NCBI RefSeq assembly: GCF_006345805.1
Contig: NW_021824235.1
Span: forward strand, 1-19,766
Source of the DNA: Octopus sinensis
Lineage: Eukaryota
Length of the DNA stretch: 19,766 nt
Direction: 5' to 3'
The notes beneath the pieces are model-generated. The model had not been told where the DNA came from. It ran no database searches and saw nothing but the letters and a program-made list of their open reading frames with translations. The translations under genes were made by a program, and so were the position numbers. Shown one piece after another: positions 1 to 10,061 of the stretch (within the stretch, counting starts at the first letter, position 1; every line of letters begins with the position of its first letter).

Positions 1-185
1 TTGTCAGAACGTCTCAAACTGTCTTTTCCCGTTCATTATAAACTTTGATAATTGGTTTTTGACTATCGTAGAAGACATTGAACTATTCAGTAGTCTTATC
101 TTAATCACGTCCTTTAAATGCAATATTGAGGGCAGCTCTGTGTGTCTTGGGTATGTGCTGTGGCTTTGTGCCTATAGTAGAAAGA

Positions 186-222
186 ATTATTATTATTATC
201 ATCATCATCATTATTATTATTA

Positions 223-259
<37 letters not shown>
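186..259. repeat. (ATT)n/(CAT)n microsatellite
   Basis: Direct inspection. Confidence 0.95.
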
Positions 260-477
260 GCACGCCAGATAAAATGCTTAGCGGTATTTCGTCTGCCGTT
301 ACGTTCTGAGTTCAAATTCCGCCGAGGTCGACTTTGCCTTTCATCCTTTCGGGGGTCGATTAAATAAGTACCAGTTACGCAGTGGGTTCGATGTAATCGA
401 CTTAATCCGTTTGTCTGTCCTTGTTTGTCCCCTCTGTGTTTAGCCCCTTTTGAGTAGTAAAGAAATGGGTATTTCGT
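260..477 (+). mobile_element. tRNA-derived SINE, family B (5'-truncated)
   Basis: B-box-like GAGTTCAAATTCC at 308-320. Closely matches the reverse complement of 7862-8073 and is homologous to 13310-13523. Confidence 0.85.
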
Positions 478-483
478 TGAAAA

Positions 484-530
<47 letters not shown>

Positions 531-616
531 ATACTACTACTAACTAATAATAATAATAATAAGAAGAAGAAGAAGAAGAAGAAGTAGAAGAAGAAGAAGA
601 AGAGAAGAAGAAGAAG

Positions 617-648
<32 letters not shown>

Positions 649-690
649 GAAGAAGAAGAAGAAGAAGAAGAAGAATAACAACAACAACAA
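484..690. repeat. Compound (ACT)n(AAT)n(AAG)n(AAC)n microsatellite
   Basis: Direct inspection. Confidence 0.95.
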
Positions 691-917
691 ATAGAAGACG
701 AGATGATGACAGAAAATAATGCCTTCTAATAGTAACTTAACTCGTATTGGTGTGCAGTTCTTAGTTAAGTCTAACTTCTGAAATCAAATTTCTGCAAGGC
801 TTATCTTTACATTATTGCAATTCCTTCAACTACCAAAATAACACATCCATATTTTACTTCACCCGAAATGACTAGCCTCGATTCTAAATCAGGAAAATGA
901 TATTTCTATAGAGCAAT

Positions 918-1204
918 ACACACGCAGGCACACACACATACACACACGTATGCATGCATGTAATTATGTATGTATGTATGTATGTATGTATGTATGTATG
1001 TATGTATGTATGTATGTATGTATGCATGTATGTATGTATATATGTATGTATGTACGTATGTATATATGGATATTTGTATGTATGTGTGTATGCCTGCATG
1101 TATGTATATATATTTGTATGCATGTATGTACATATATATATTATATATATATAGATATATATATATTATTATATATATATATTATATATATATATATATT
1201 ATAT
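918..1204. repeat. (CA)n,(TATG)n,(TA)n compound microsatellite
   Basis: Direct inspection. Confidence 0.95.
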
Positions 1205-2809
1205 TAAATTAGAGATAAAACCACTATTAGGCAATCATACATGAAAAACTTAAGCCAATACATAAGATTAATTAATTTAAATTATTTTAAATATATATCA
1301 AAATTGGATTCAATCCTAAATCTGATTTTTCCCTGTAAGTTTGGATTTATTCCCTAATATTTTATTATATATACATATATATATTTATATTAGTATAATT
1401 CTATATATCTTCTATTTTTAATTATTATAAACCTTCCACTAAGGAGGGAGCCGGTTTCCAACAAAGACACAAAGTTCCGTCTTTGGGATGTAGTTAGCAC
1501 AGACAAATTCACATTTCGATCTTTAGAAAAGTCTTGCATATTTTAACTGTTCCACTCACAGATTGCACTTGTAACGTACGAATTATCCGGTTGGTTCCTC
1601 CTTCTGAAAATCCCAGTTTATTAAGTTTCTTCTTTAAGCATTTACTAACAAAAAAACCTAGTGCTCCAATTATTATTGGTATGAATATGAAGGCTTCGAA
1701 GCATTTATTCATAGATGTCCTCTTTTTCTTTGATTTTCAAAAAGACATTTATACCTGTAGGGCAGCTGACCTCTATAACAGTACACACCTTTGACCCATT
1801 GTCCCAAACAACAATATACGGCCTATAATATTTACATTTGACAGAACATTTGAGGGGGAATATTCCACCAATATTCCTTGAGTTGGTGTTTAAGAATGTA
1901 TTCCATAACAGAGGGATTTTCAAAGTTAATTTCAGAACAGTTTTTTTTCGGATGGCATTGTAAATTGTTTTAGCAACAACATCGTGCCGCATAGGGAGGT
2001 AGTACCGTGACAACATTTTAGGACAGCTGCTAATCACATGCGTGATGTCTTCCACAGAAACATGACATAGCTTACACATGCGGTTGCACCTTTTGGAGAA
2101 CTCCTGTTCCTGGACTGCAAACGCCAGCCTTCAAAGAGTGATGTGATGTGATGTAATGATCTTGTGTCGAAGAGAGGCTACGCTTTGTGTCAATTCTACT
2201 GTCTTCTTCAAGCTTCCGGGCAACATACATACGAATAGGCTTTTTTTTGTATGACAGCTGCTAATCACATGCGTGATCTCTTCCACAGAAACATGCACCG
2301 CGTGGAAAACTCCTGTTCCTGGAATGCAAACGTCAGCCTTCAAAGAGTGATGTGATGTAATGGTCTTGTGTCCAAGAGAGGCTACGCTTTGTGTCAATTC
2401 TACTGTATATATATATATATATTATATATGTGTGTGTGTGTTGTGTTGTGTGTGTGTGTGCGTGTGTGTGTATAGATATATATGCAGTGCAGAAAATTGA
2501 AGTGAGCAACGTACGAGATGGCAGTGAGCTCCTCAATAAGCACTCACTTCCTGATGAGCTCCTATACAGGGTCAAAACAGCTGGGCTCTCTTACATCAGA
2601 GAATATATTATATATATATATATTATATATATATATATATTATTGCTGTTGTTTAGCAGTTGCTGTCTGATCGATACCATACGACATTCGAAGGCCGTCT
2701 GCACTGATCCCAGGCCTCTGCCATCTTCATTTTTCTTAGGTAGACACTGTCAACATCACTGTCTCTGTGGAATTTCCTAGCGTTTCAGGATTTTGCGGGT
2801 TTTGATATG
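1205..2809 (-). mobile_element. Degenerate, rearranged RLE-type non-LTR retrotransposon (R4/Dong-like clade): post-RT region, zinc knuckle, endonuclease and 3' UTR
   Basis: Minus-strand translation across stops and frameshifts. 2809-2642: KTRKILKR..FHRDSDVDSVYL/KNEDGRGL (R4-type 'KTRK..H..SD..RLY..R..GGRGL'). About 2250-2080: YVARKLEEDSRIDTKRSLS..FEG/AFAVQEQE (R4-type 'EG..A.QDQ'). Then CCHC knuckle CKLC-x8-H-x4-C, RHDVVA, RPYIVVWD..IEVSCP..EKEDIY (PD-(D/E)xK-like, catalytic D replaced by Y), PIIIGALG and terminal LQVQSVSGTVKICKTFL (stop 1509-1511). An AT-rich 3' UTR runs to about 1205 and ends in (TA)n. Clade assignment is from motif recall. Confidence 0.85.
1509..2252 (-). pseudogene. Disrupted C-terminal part of the retrotransposon ORF (CCHC zinc knuckle + restriction-like endonuclease)
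   Basis: ORF-track pieces 1705..2079 and 1509..1712 are in different frames, and the RPD motif reads RPY. Non-functional. Confidence 0.85.
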
Positions 2810-2810
2810 T

Positions 2811-2820
2811 TGTATGTATT

Positions 2821-2851
<31 letters not shown>

Positions 2852-3066
2852 TGTATGTATGTATTTATGTATGTATGTATGTATGTATGTATGTATGTAT
2901 GTTATGTATGTATGTAATTATGTATGTATGTTTGTATGTATGTATGTATGTATGTATTTATGCATGAATGTATGTATTTATGTATGTATGTATGTATGTA
3001 TGTATGTATGCATGCATGTATGTATGTATGTATGTATGTATGTATGTATGTATATATGTATGTATA
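2811..3066. repeat. (TATG)n microsatellite
   Basis: Direct inspection. Confidence 0.95.
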
Positions 3067-3087
3067 GGTAGATACATGATAGATATA

Positions 3088-3416
3088 TCTTATTTCAGTA
3101 ATTAGATTGCGACCATGCTGGAACGCAATTTCCGAAAATGTTTAGTCCTATGAATTTGTCTAGCTTGCGGAAACGTAAACACACCAACACCGGTTACCAA
3201 GCGGTGAGGTGGAGCAAAGACACACAGAAGACACTTATATGTATACATGCTTATGTGTATATGTACGATGGGCTTTCAGTATCCATTTACGAAATCCACA
3301 CACAAGACTTTGGTCGGTGCAAGTCCACTGTAGAAACATTTCCCAACTTGTCACACAGTGGAACAGAACTCATGACCATGTAGTTGGGGAGCAAGATTCT
3401 TACCACACAACCACGC
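3088..3416 (-). mobile_element. tRNA-derived SINE, family A (old, degenerate)
   Basis: Patchy similarity to 12439-12861 (GACCATGCTGGA, ACGTAAACACACCAACA.CGGTT, AAATCCAC.CACAAG, CTTACCACACA.C). Confidence 0.7.
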
Positions 3417-3423
3417 TAATCTA

Positions 3424-3925
<502 letters not shown>

Positions 3926-4984
3926 TGTATACATACGTAAATGTATGAATATCGTCTCCTGGAGTTGATTGATCAATCATCGAATTAGCGTCATGCAGTC
4001 GGCAGTCAGAAATTAGCCCTTACAAAAGAATTCCTTTGGGGCTATTGAAGGAATTTTAAATTTACATTTTACTAATGGAACCGAGTATTTGGTGAAAAGT
4101 ATAATCGTATTTTATCGATTTATTATTATTTTTTTTTTTTACATATAACAATATAACAAAACAACAACAAAACATAATTAGCAAATTTCAAATAGATTCA
4201 AAGCAAATATACCAAAAATCGTGAGAGTTATTTTTAAGAAAAAAACCTCTCCATCAATTGCTTCACTGATTTCTTGTTTTCGTATATATTTTTTGTTTAT
4301 TTTATGTTATTTATTTTCATTATTTTATCTCGAAAAATTTTTTTGTTTTTTTTTATTCTTGTCTTTGGCGCTCTTTCCGGACCAAACATGTCCTCAGAGT
4401 AATGCTATATGCAACAGCATTTTACACTCAATCATAATGCCAATAGCTTAAGGGTGAATAAGGTGGAAAAGGAATGGAAACGGGACTAATAAATACCTAC
4501 CCACCCACCCCAACCAACAACAGCACCCGCCCGTCCTTCTCCCGCAGCTTCCAAACCCAATCAAACCACTCATACAAACAAGCGAATGAGGCGAAAAAAA
4601 AAAAAGAAAAAAAAAACCTCCAACAATCGAATGAACGAGCGAACGAACGCACAGAATAATGGATATGTGTACTTCTTATGTTTTCTCTTACTTTAACTTC
4701 ATCTTAGTACATCGTAAAAAAAAAAAAAACACAAAATCTTGAAAAAAAAAAAAAAAACCACAAAATCAAAAAGCAAAAATAAAAAATGGAGGAATTTCAT
4801 ATTATTTTTCTCTTAATGTGTTTTTAATAAAAAAAGAAGATAAAAAAATAACGGAATGAATAAAATAGACATCGACAAATTTTGGAAGAATAACCAGGCG
4901 TATGATGAAGAAAGAGAAGAACGAGAAACAAAAGAAAGAACACAGCAAGAACATCTACACAAGCGGCAAGGACAACAGGTACTA

Positions 4985-4992
4985 GCAGCAGC

Positions 4993-5041
<49 letters not shown>

Positions 5042-5700
5042 AGAATGAGAGGAATGACGAGAAAATAAAGTGAAATAATGATAAATGCACTACTACTACG
5101 TATAATAATAATAATAATAACAGCAACAATAATAATAATAGTGAAGAAGAAGAAGAAGAAGGAGGAGGAGGAGGAGGAGGGGATGGGGAGGAGAAGAAGA
5201 AGAAGGAGGAGAAGAAGAAGAAAAGAAGAAGGAGAAGAAGAAGAAGAAAAAAAAGAAGGAGGAGGAGGAGAAGAAGAAGAAGACGATGACGACGACGACG
5301 AAGAAGAAGAAGAAGAAAGAAGAAGAAGAAAGAACGAATAAGAAGAAGAAAAGAAGAAGCCGAAGAAAAGAGAAGAAGAAAAGAAAGTTGTGGAAGAGAA
5401 GATCAAGAAGAAGAAAAAGAAGAAGAAAGAGGAGGAGGAGAAGATCAAGAAGAAGAAGAAAAAGAAGAAGAAAGTGGGGGAGGAGGAGGAGGAGGAGGAG
5501 AACAAGGAGAAGAAGAAGAAGAAGAAGAAGAAGAAGAAGAAGAAGACGACGACGACGAAGAAGAAGAAGAAGAAGACGACGACGACGACGACGAAGAAGA
5601 AGAAGAAGGAGAAGAAGTAGAAGAAGAAGAAGAAGTAGAAGAAGAAGAAGAAGAAGAGAAAGAGGAAGAAGAAGAAAGAAGAAAGAAGAAAGAAGATAGA
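4985..5700. repeat. (GTA)n,(AAT)n and long (AAG)/(GAG)/(GAC) trinucleotide tract
   Basis: Direct inspection. Confidence 0.95.
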
Positions 5701-6200
5701 AAAATTATAAGAAGAGTGACTACAATAAAACATTACGAAAAACATCGAAATGAAGATTTTAAAAAAAATGTCAGCAGCGATAGAAAAAGTATGGTTGTTC
5801 AATTGAAGAAATCATAGAGAACAAGATGTTTTTGGAAGAATTTGACAGCCAAGAACGGTCACTCCAATCCAATATCATCTGCTGCCGTTTATCCGCTGGC
5901 GCCTGACATGAATTGCACATTTTCTAAAGATTGTTCCATATTATTGAGGAATCCATTAGCAGCAAAAACCGACTTGTCTCCATGCAAATTGTATTTTGAC
6001 AACAAGAACAAAACAAAACAAGAACAACAACAACAACAACAGCAAAAATAACAACATCTTGATTGTATAATAAATAAAAAAGAAAAAATATTTCAAAAAT
6101 ATGGTAAATACATACTAAAATTCAGAAAAAAAAATGACAATGTAGAAATAACAAATAACAACAAAAGAAAACGTGTAAGATTGGAATAATTGCATTAACC

Positions 6201-6235
6201 ATTATTATTATTATTATTATTATCATTATTATTAC

Positions 6236-6296
<61 letters not shown>

Positions 6297-6970
6297 GTTG
6301 TTGTTATTATTGTTATTATTATTATTATTTTTGTTATTATTGTTATTATTATTATTATTATTATCATTATTATTGTTATTAGGAACCTTAATGGTTTTGG
6401 TGAAAAAACAACATCTTATATACATCTGACGCTAAGCTACATATAATGTTCCATTTTTCCAATTTTCTTTGGACATTATTTATGTGTGTGTGTATATTAT
6501 ATATATATTATATATATATATATATAATATATATATATATACATATATATATGTAATGTATATATGTATGTAATATATCTATATATATATATGTGTATAT
6601 CTATGTATCTATCTATCTATATATATACACACACATATATATATGTATATGTATATATGTATATATATATGTATATATATACATATATATATGTATATAT
6701 GTATATATGTATGTACATATACTTCTCTGTGTGTGTATAGATATAACTATTGTATGCATATATCCATATATACACATATATATGTGTGTATATACATGCA
6801 TGTATATCACGTATACATATATATAAATATATATATGTGTGTGTATATGTGCCTGTGAAAGTATATGTGTATATCTATGTATGTATGCATGTACCTATGT
6901 ATGCATGTATGCATGCATGTTTGTATGTATGTATATATGCATGTATGTATGTATATATGCATGTATGTAG
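6201..6970. repeat. (ATT)n tract (6201-6380) and (TA)/(TATG)/(TG) tract (6480-6970)
   Basis: Direct inspection. Confidence 0.9.
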
Positions 6971-7394
6971 GTAGTTGAACGTACAGGAAGCTAGGCAATG
7001 CAATTTTAGTTTATATAAGTGAGTTTAAATTTCTCATTTGAGCGTGCACAACGACCCAACAGGTTTCCGGGGCTAAGATTTGATGTCAAAATACTGGATC
7101 AGTATTTTGAACTATATCACATACAGAATATATCAAATACCTAAAATTCGTTACCGCCCGGGACATCAGGATGTTTCAATGAACACACGTCACGTTAACT
7201 TGACGAGCCATATAGTGGTGAAATTTGAACTTGCAACATAAATTCTTAATATCAAACTATTGATAACACATACACATATACATATATGTGTATATATAAC
7301 GGGAAGCTTTATGAAAATAAACAAAAGACGAAGGCAGGTGGAATACAAACAAACAATTGTATTAGTATGGCGCTCAGGAATATAAATAAAACAA

Positions 7395-7433
7395 GTCTTT
7401 TACGTTTCGAGCCTACGCTCTTCAACAGAAGGA
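7395..7433 (-). ncRNA. Degenerate minimal hammerhead-like motif (Penelope-type remnant)
   Basis: Minus strand: UCCUU CUGUUGA A GAGC GUAG GCUC GAA ACGU A AAAGA. Perfect 4-bp helix II, palindromic ACGU, helix I 4/5 paired, core A6 changed to U. Confidence 0.4.
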
Positions 7434-7785
7434 TACACAGAAAAGAAACACGGAGAGAAACAAGGAGAGAAAAAAAAATGCGTGCAGAAGCTAGCGAATC
7501 AACATGGCGATCTGTGTGTATATATATGTGTATATATACATACATACACACACGTACGCAAACATACATAAATGCATATATTATATATGTGTATGTGTGT
7601 GTGTTGCGAGTGTGTGTGTGGGTGTGTTAGTGTGTGGTAAGCTTCGGCGATACTGCCCGGGACATCAGGATGTTTCAATGAACACACTTCACATTAACTT
7701 GCCACGTAATGGTGAAATTTGAACTTGGCAAAAATAAATTCTTAATATCAACTATTGATAACACATGCTCACCATACACATATAC

Positions 7786-7848
<63 letters not shown>

Positions 7849-7861
7849 TTCTTTACTATAC

Positions 7862-8073
7862 CACATAGGGGCTAAAATAGAGGGGACAAACAGGACAGAC
7901 AAAGGGATTAAGTCGATTCCATCGACCCCATGCGAAACTGGTACTTATTTATCGATCCCGAAGAATGAAAGGCAAAGTCAACCTCGGCGGAATTTGAACT
8001 CAGAACGTAACGGCAGACGAAATACGGCTACGCATTTCGCCCGGCGTGCTACCGTTTCTGCCAGCTCACCGCC
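7862..8073 (-). mobile_element. tRNA-derived SINE, family B
   Basis: Reverse complement begins GGCGGTGAGCTGGCAGAAACGGTAGC (A-box region), contains GAGTTCAAATTCC, and aligns with 260-477. Confidence 0.9.
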
Positions 8074-9160
8074 TTATGTATATATATGTATATATATATA
8101 TATATAATACACACACGTACGCACACTTACATAAAGGCATATATTATATGTGTGTATGTGTGTGTGAGTGTGTGGTGAGCTTCGGCGTTTGATGAAACCG
8201 ATCGAAGTCTGCTGTGTCAACAATTCGTTTATATAGGGGAGAGTTCAATAGGAGTGTTCGATAAGATGGATGCCCGAAGGTAGCGGAACATGTGAAGTTC
8301 TGAGCGTTTGATCTTTTGTCTCAGACAGAGGAAGAAGGGAAACTGGTGTTGTCATTGGGTTATAGACATAAAACACTTACGTCTGCAATCAGCTCTCTCA
8401 TATATATATTTACACATCGCTATCTCTGTCTTTCTCCATTTATACATTCAAAGATGTATATATAAAATCATGCAATAAATGATACACACTCACATACATA
8501 GATATACATACATACACATGTATGTATATATGTATATTCATATGTACGTACATACAGACATTGATGGATAGATTAAGCTTTATCTTTGCATCTACAACGC
8601 AAATTTTGCTGTAACGTAATTTTCTGTCTATTAAATTTATCTAATTTTACGCATTATATTTTCACCTTGCTTCTTTTCTCAGCCTTCCTTTAGTCTAATC
8701 CACCTCACTGCATCCTCTTCTTGATATTTTGCTCTTTCTTTCTCTAAACCAACCTTACCATCATCATTACCATTATCTCTCCATTATCACCCTCAGTTTC
8801 ATCATCCATTTCTTGTCCTTATGCTGCCGCACGTTATGGGTTTCGAGTATGAAGGCAACCCTCTAAGCCTTAATGAACTTAGCTCATATCATCCTCATAA
8901 CTGTACCTATTGCTTTTCTTCTCTGTTGCAGCTTCTTGTTACCTAGTATATTTGATAACTTAGGTGGAATTTAAACTTAAGTTATTGTACGGTCAAAAAA
9001 TAGAAACTCTAAAATGGTTGGCCAAAACGCCAAGCTAAAAACTGACTGTTACTGTTTGTTCCCCCAGAGTTGTTGTTATACTCCCTTGTCACTCTATTAC
9101 GAAAGTCCCTTATAAAATTTGTAAATATTACGAAAAATTATTTCTAATTTAAGGTTAAAC

Positions 9161-9487
9161 TACGAGGTGGTATCAAATATTTCCCGGACTAGTTATGTTT
9201 AATATAAAATAACATAATTACCTAAGTTTTAACGTCGTCTCCTTCGAAGTAGTTACCTTGTACAGTAATACAATGGTCCCAGAGTTCCTGCCACTTTTGG
9301 AATCCAGCCTAAAGCAGTTTTCCGTAAGCGAGTCGAGGAACTTCTGCGATTCGCTCTGGATCTCAACAATGGTTTTAAAACGGCGATCATTGAGCTGTGT
9401 TTTTTTTACATCTTGGAGATGTGCTAAATCTGGCGAATAGGGCGGGTGTGGAAAACCAGTCCGGGAAAGTTTTGACACCAGCTCGTA
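9161..9487 (-). mobile_element. Non-autonomous, internally deleted mariner (Tc1/mariner) element with TIRs and TA target duplication
   Basis: 9161-9190 TACGAGGTGGTATCAAATATTTCCCGGACT vs reverse complement of 9458-9487 TACGAGCTGGTGTCAAAACTTTCCCGGACT: 26/30 identical including the flanking TA. The interior encodes PHPPYSPDLA (mariner YSPDLAPxD motif), then KTQLNDRRFKTIVEIQSESQKFLDSL, i.e. the transposase C-terminus only. Confidence 0.9.
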
Positions 9488-9623
9488 TAAAGACTTATTG
9501 TTGAACGCTTGCCATGTTGTTCCGCTTTGTTAAACATATACCCGAGTTTTCTTTTCTGCAGTTGCTAATAACTATTATAATTGAACGAAACAATATGCAT
9601 ATTTTTTTCATCATTGTTTCCAG

Positions 9624-9733
9624 TTTTGAAAACTAATTCACTCCCTGACGTCCGACTCAGCCAAACCGTACAAGCTAAGGAGCGAAACGCTGACGACCCT
9701 GAGATACCTGCTGATGATATAGGTGTTAGCCCG
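9624..9733 (+). CDS. Candidate internal coding exon of an unidentified gene (donor at 9722 or 9733)
   Basis: Acceptor TTTTTTTCATCATTGTTTCCAG| at 9623. Open, non-repetitive frame (V)LKTNSLPDVRLSQTVQAKERNADDPEIPADDI(GVSP). Donors ATAG|GTGTTA (99 nt, phase 1-1) and CCG|GTTAGT (110 nt, phase 1-0). Protein not recognised. Confidence 0.55.
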
Positions 9734-9751
9734 GTTAGTCCGCCATCATGT

Positions 9752-9915
9752 GGAGGCGTGTGGCTTAGAGGTTAGGGTGTTGGATTCATGATCGTAAGAT
9801 TGTGGTTTCGATTCCTGGACCGGCCAACGCTTCATTTCATGTTGCTCCAGTCCCCTCAGCTGGCAAACATGAGTAATCCTGCGATGGACCTGCGTCCCAT
9901 CCAGGAGGGGAATAT
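9752..9915 (+). mobile_element. tRNA-derived SINE, family C (internally deleted)
   Basis: A-box TGGCTTAGAGG (9761-9771), B-box GGTTTCGATTCC (9804-9815), 3' CCTGCGATGGACCTGCGTCCCATCCAGG, then (TA)n. Confidence 0.75.
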
Positions 9916-10061
9916 ATATATTATATATATATATATATAATATATATATATATCTATATATATATAGTTATATATATATATATATATAATATATATATAT
10001 ATTATATATCAATATCTATATATATATATCTATATATATATATAATAATATATATATATAT
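9913..10061. repeat. (TA)n-rich tract
   Basis: Direct inspection. Confidence 0.9.

Larger units (their letters stand above)
7156..8187 (+). repeat. Local duplication: block Y (7156-7271, 7655-7766) and block X (7546-7649, 8109-8187)
   Basis: GCCCGGGACATCAGGATGTTTCAATGAACACAC..ACTATTGATAACACAT occurs twice; ACACACGTACGCA..GTGTGGT.AGCTTCGGCG occurs twice. Confidence 0.85.

Noticed and set aside
2551-2585. CTGATGA-GCTCC..GGGTC-AAAAC hammerhead-like string on the plus strand
   Set aside because: G12 is absent (AAAAC), there is no UH triplet or helix I, and it lies within the presumed retrotransposon coding fragment.
2740-2805. Plus-strand acceptor plus short frame VDTVNITVSVEFPSVSGFCGF*
   Set aside because: Better explained as the antisense of the R4-like KTRK..GRGL segment.
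4371-4395. TCT-like motif CTCTTTCC followed by an ATG (ribosomal-protein-type start)
   Set aside because: The frame stops after 4 codons and the possible donor is weak.
4856-4978. Protein-like MNKIDIDKFWKNNQAYDEERE..GQQ ending at CAG|GTACTA
   Set aside because: Purine-rich low-complexity context, mediocre donor, no recognisable homology; cannot be supported without RNA data.
4813-5802. 329-aa minus-strand ORF (poly-F/S/L/T) and the overlapping poly-K/E/R ORFs
   Set aside because: Translation of (CTT)n/(CTC)n/(ACT)n triplet repeats, which lack stops in those frames; no domain signal.
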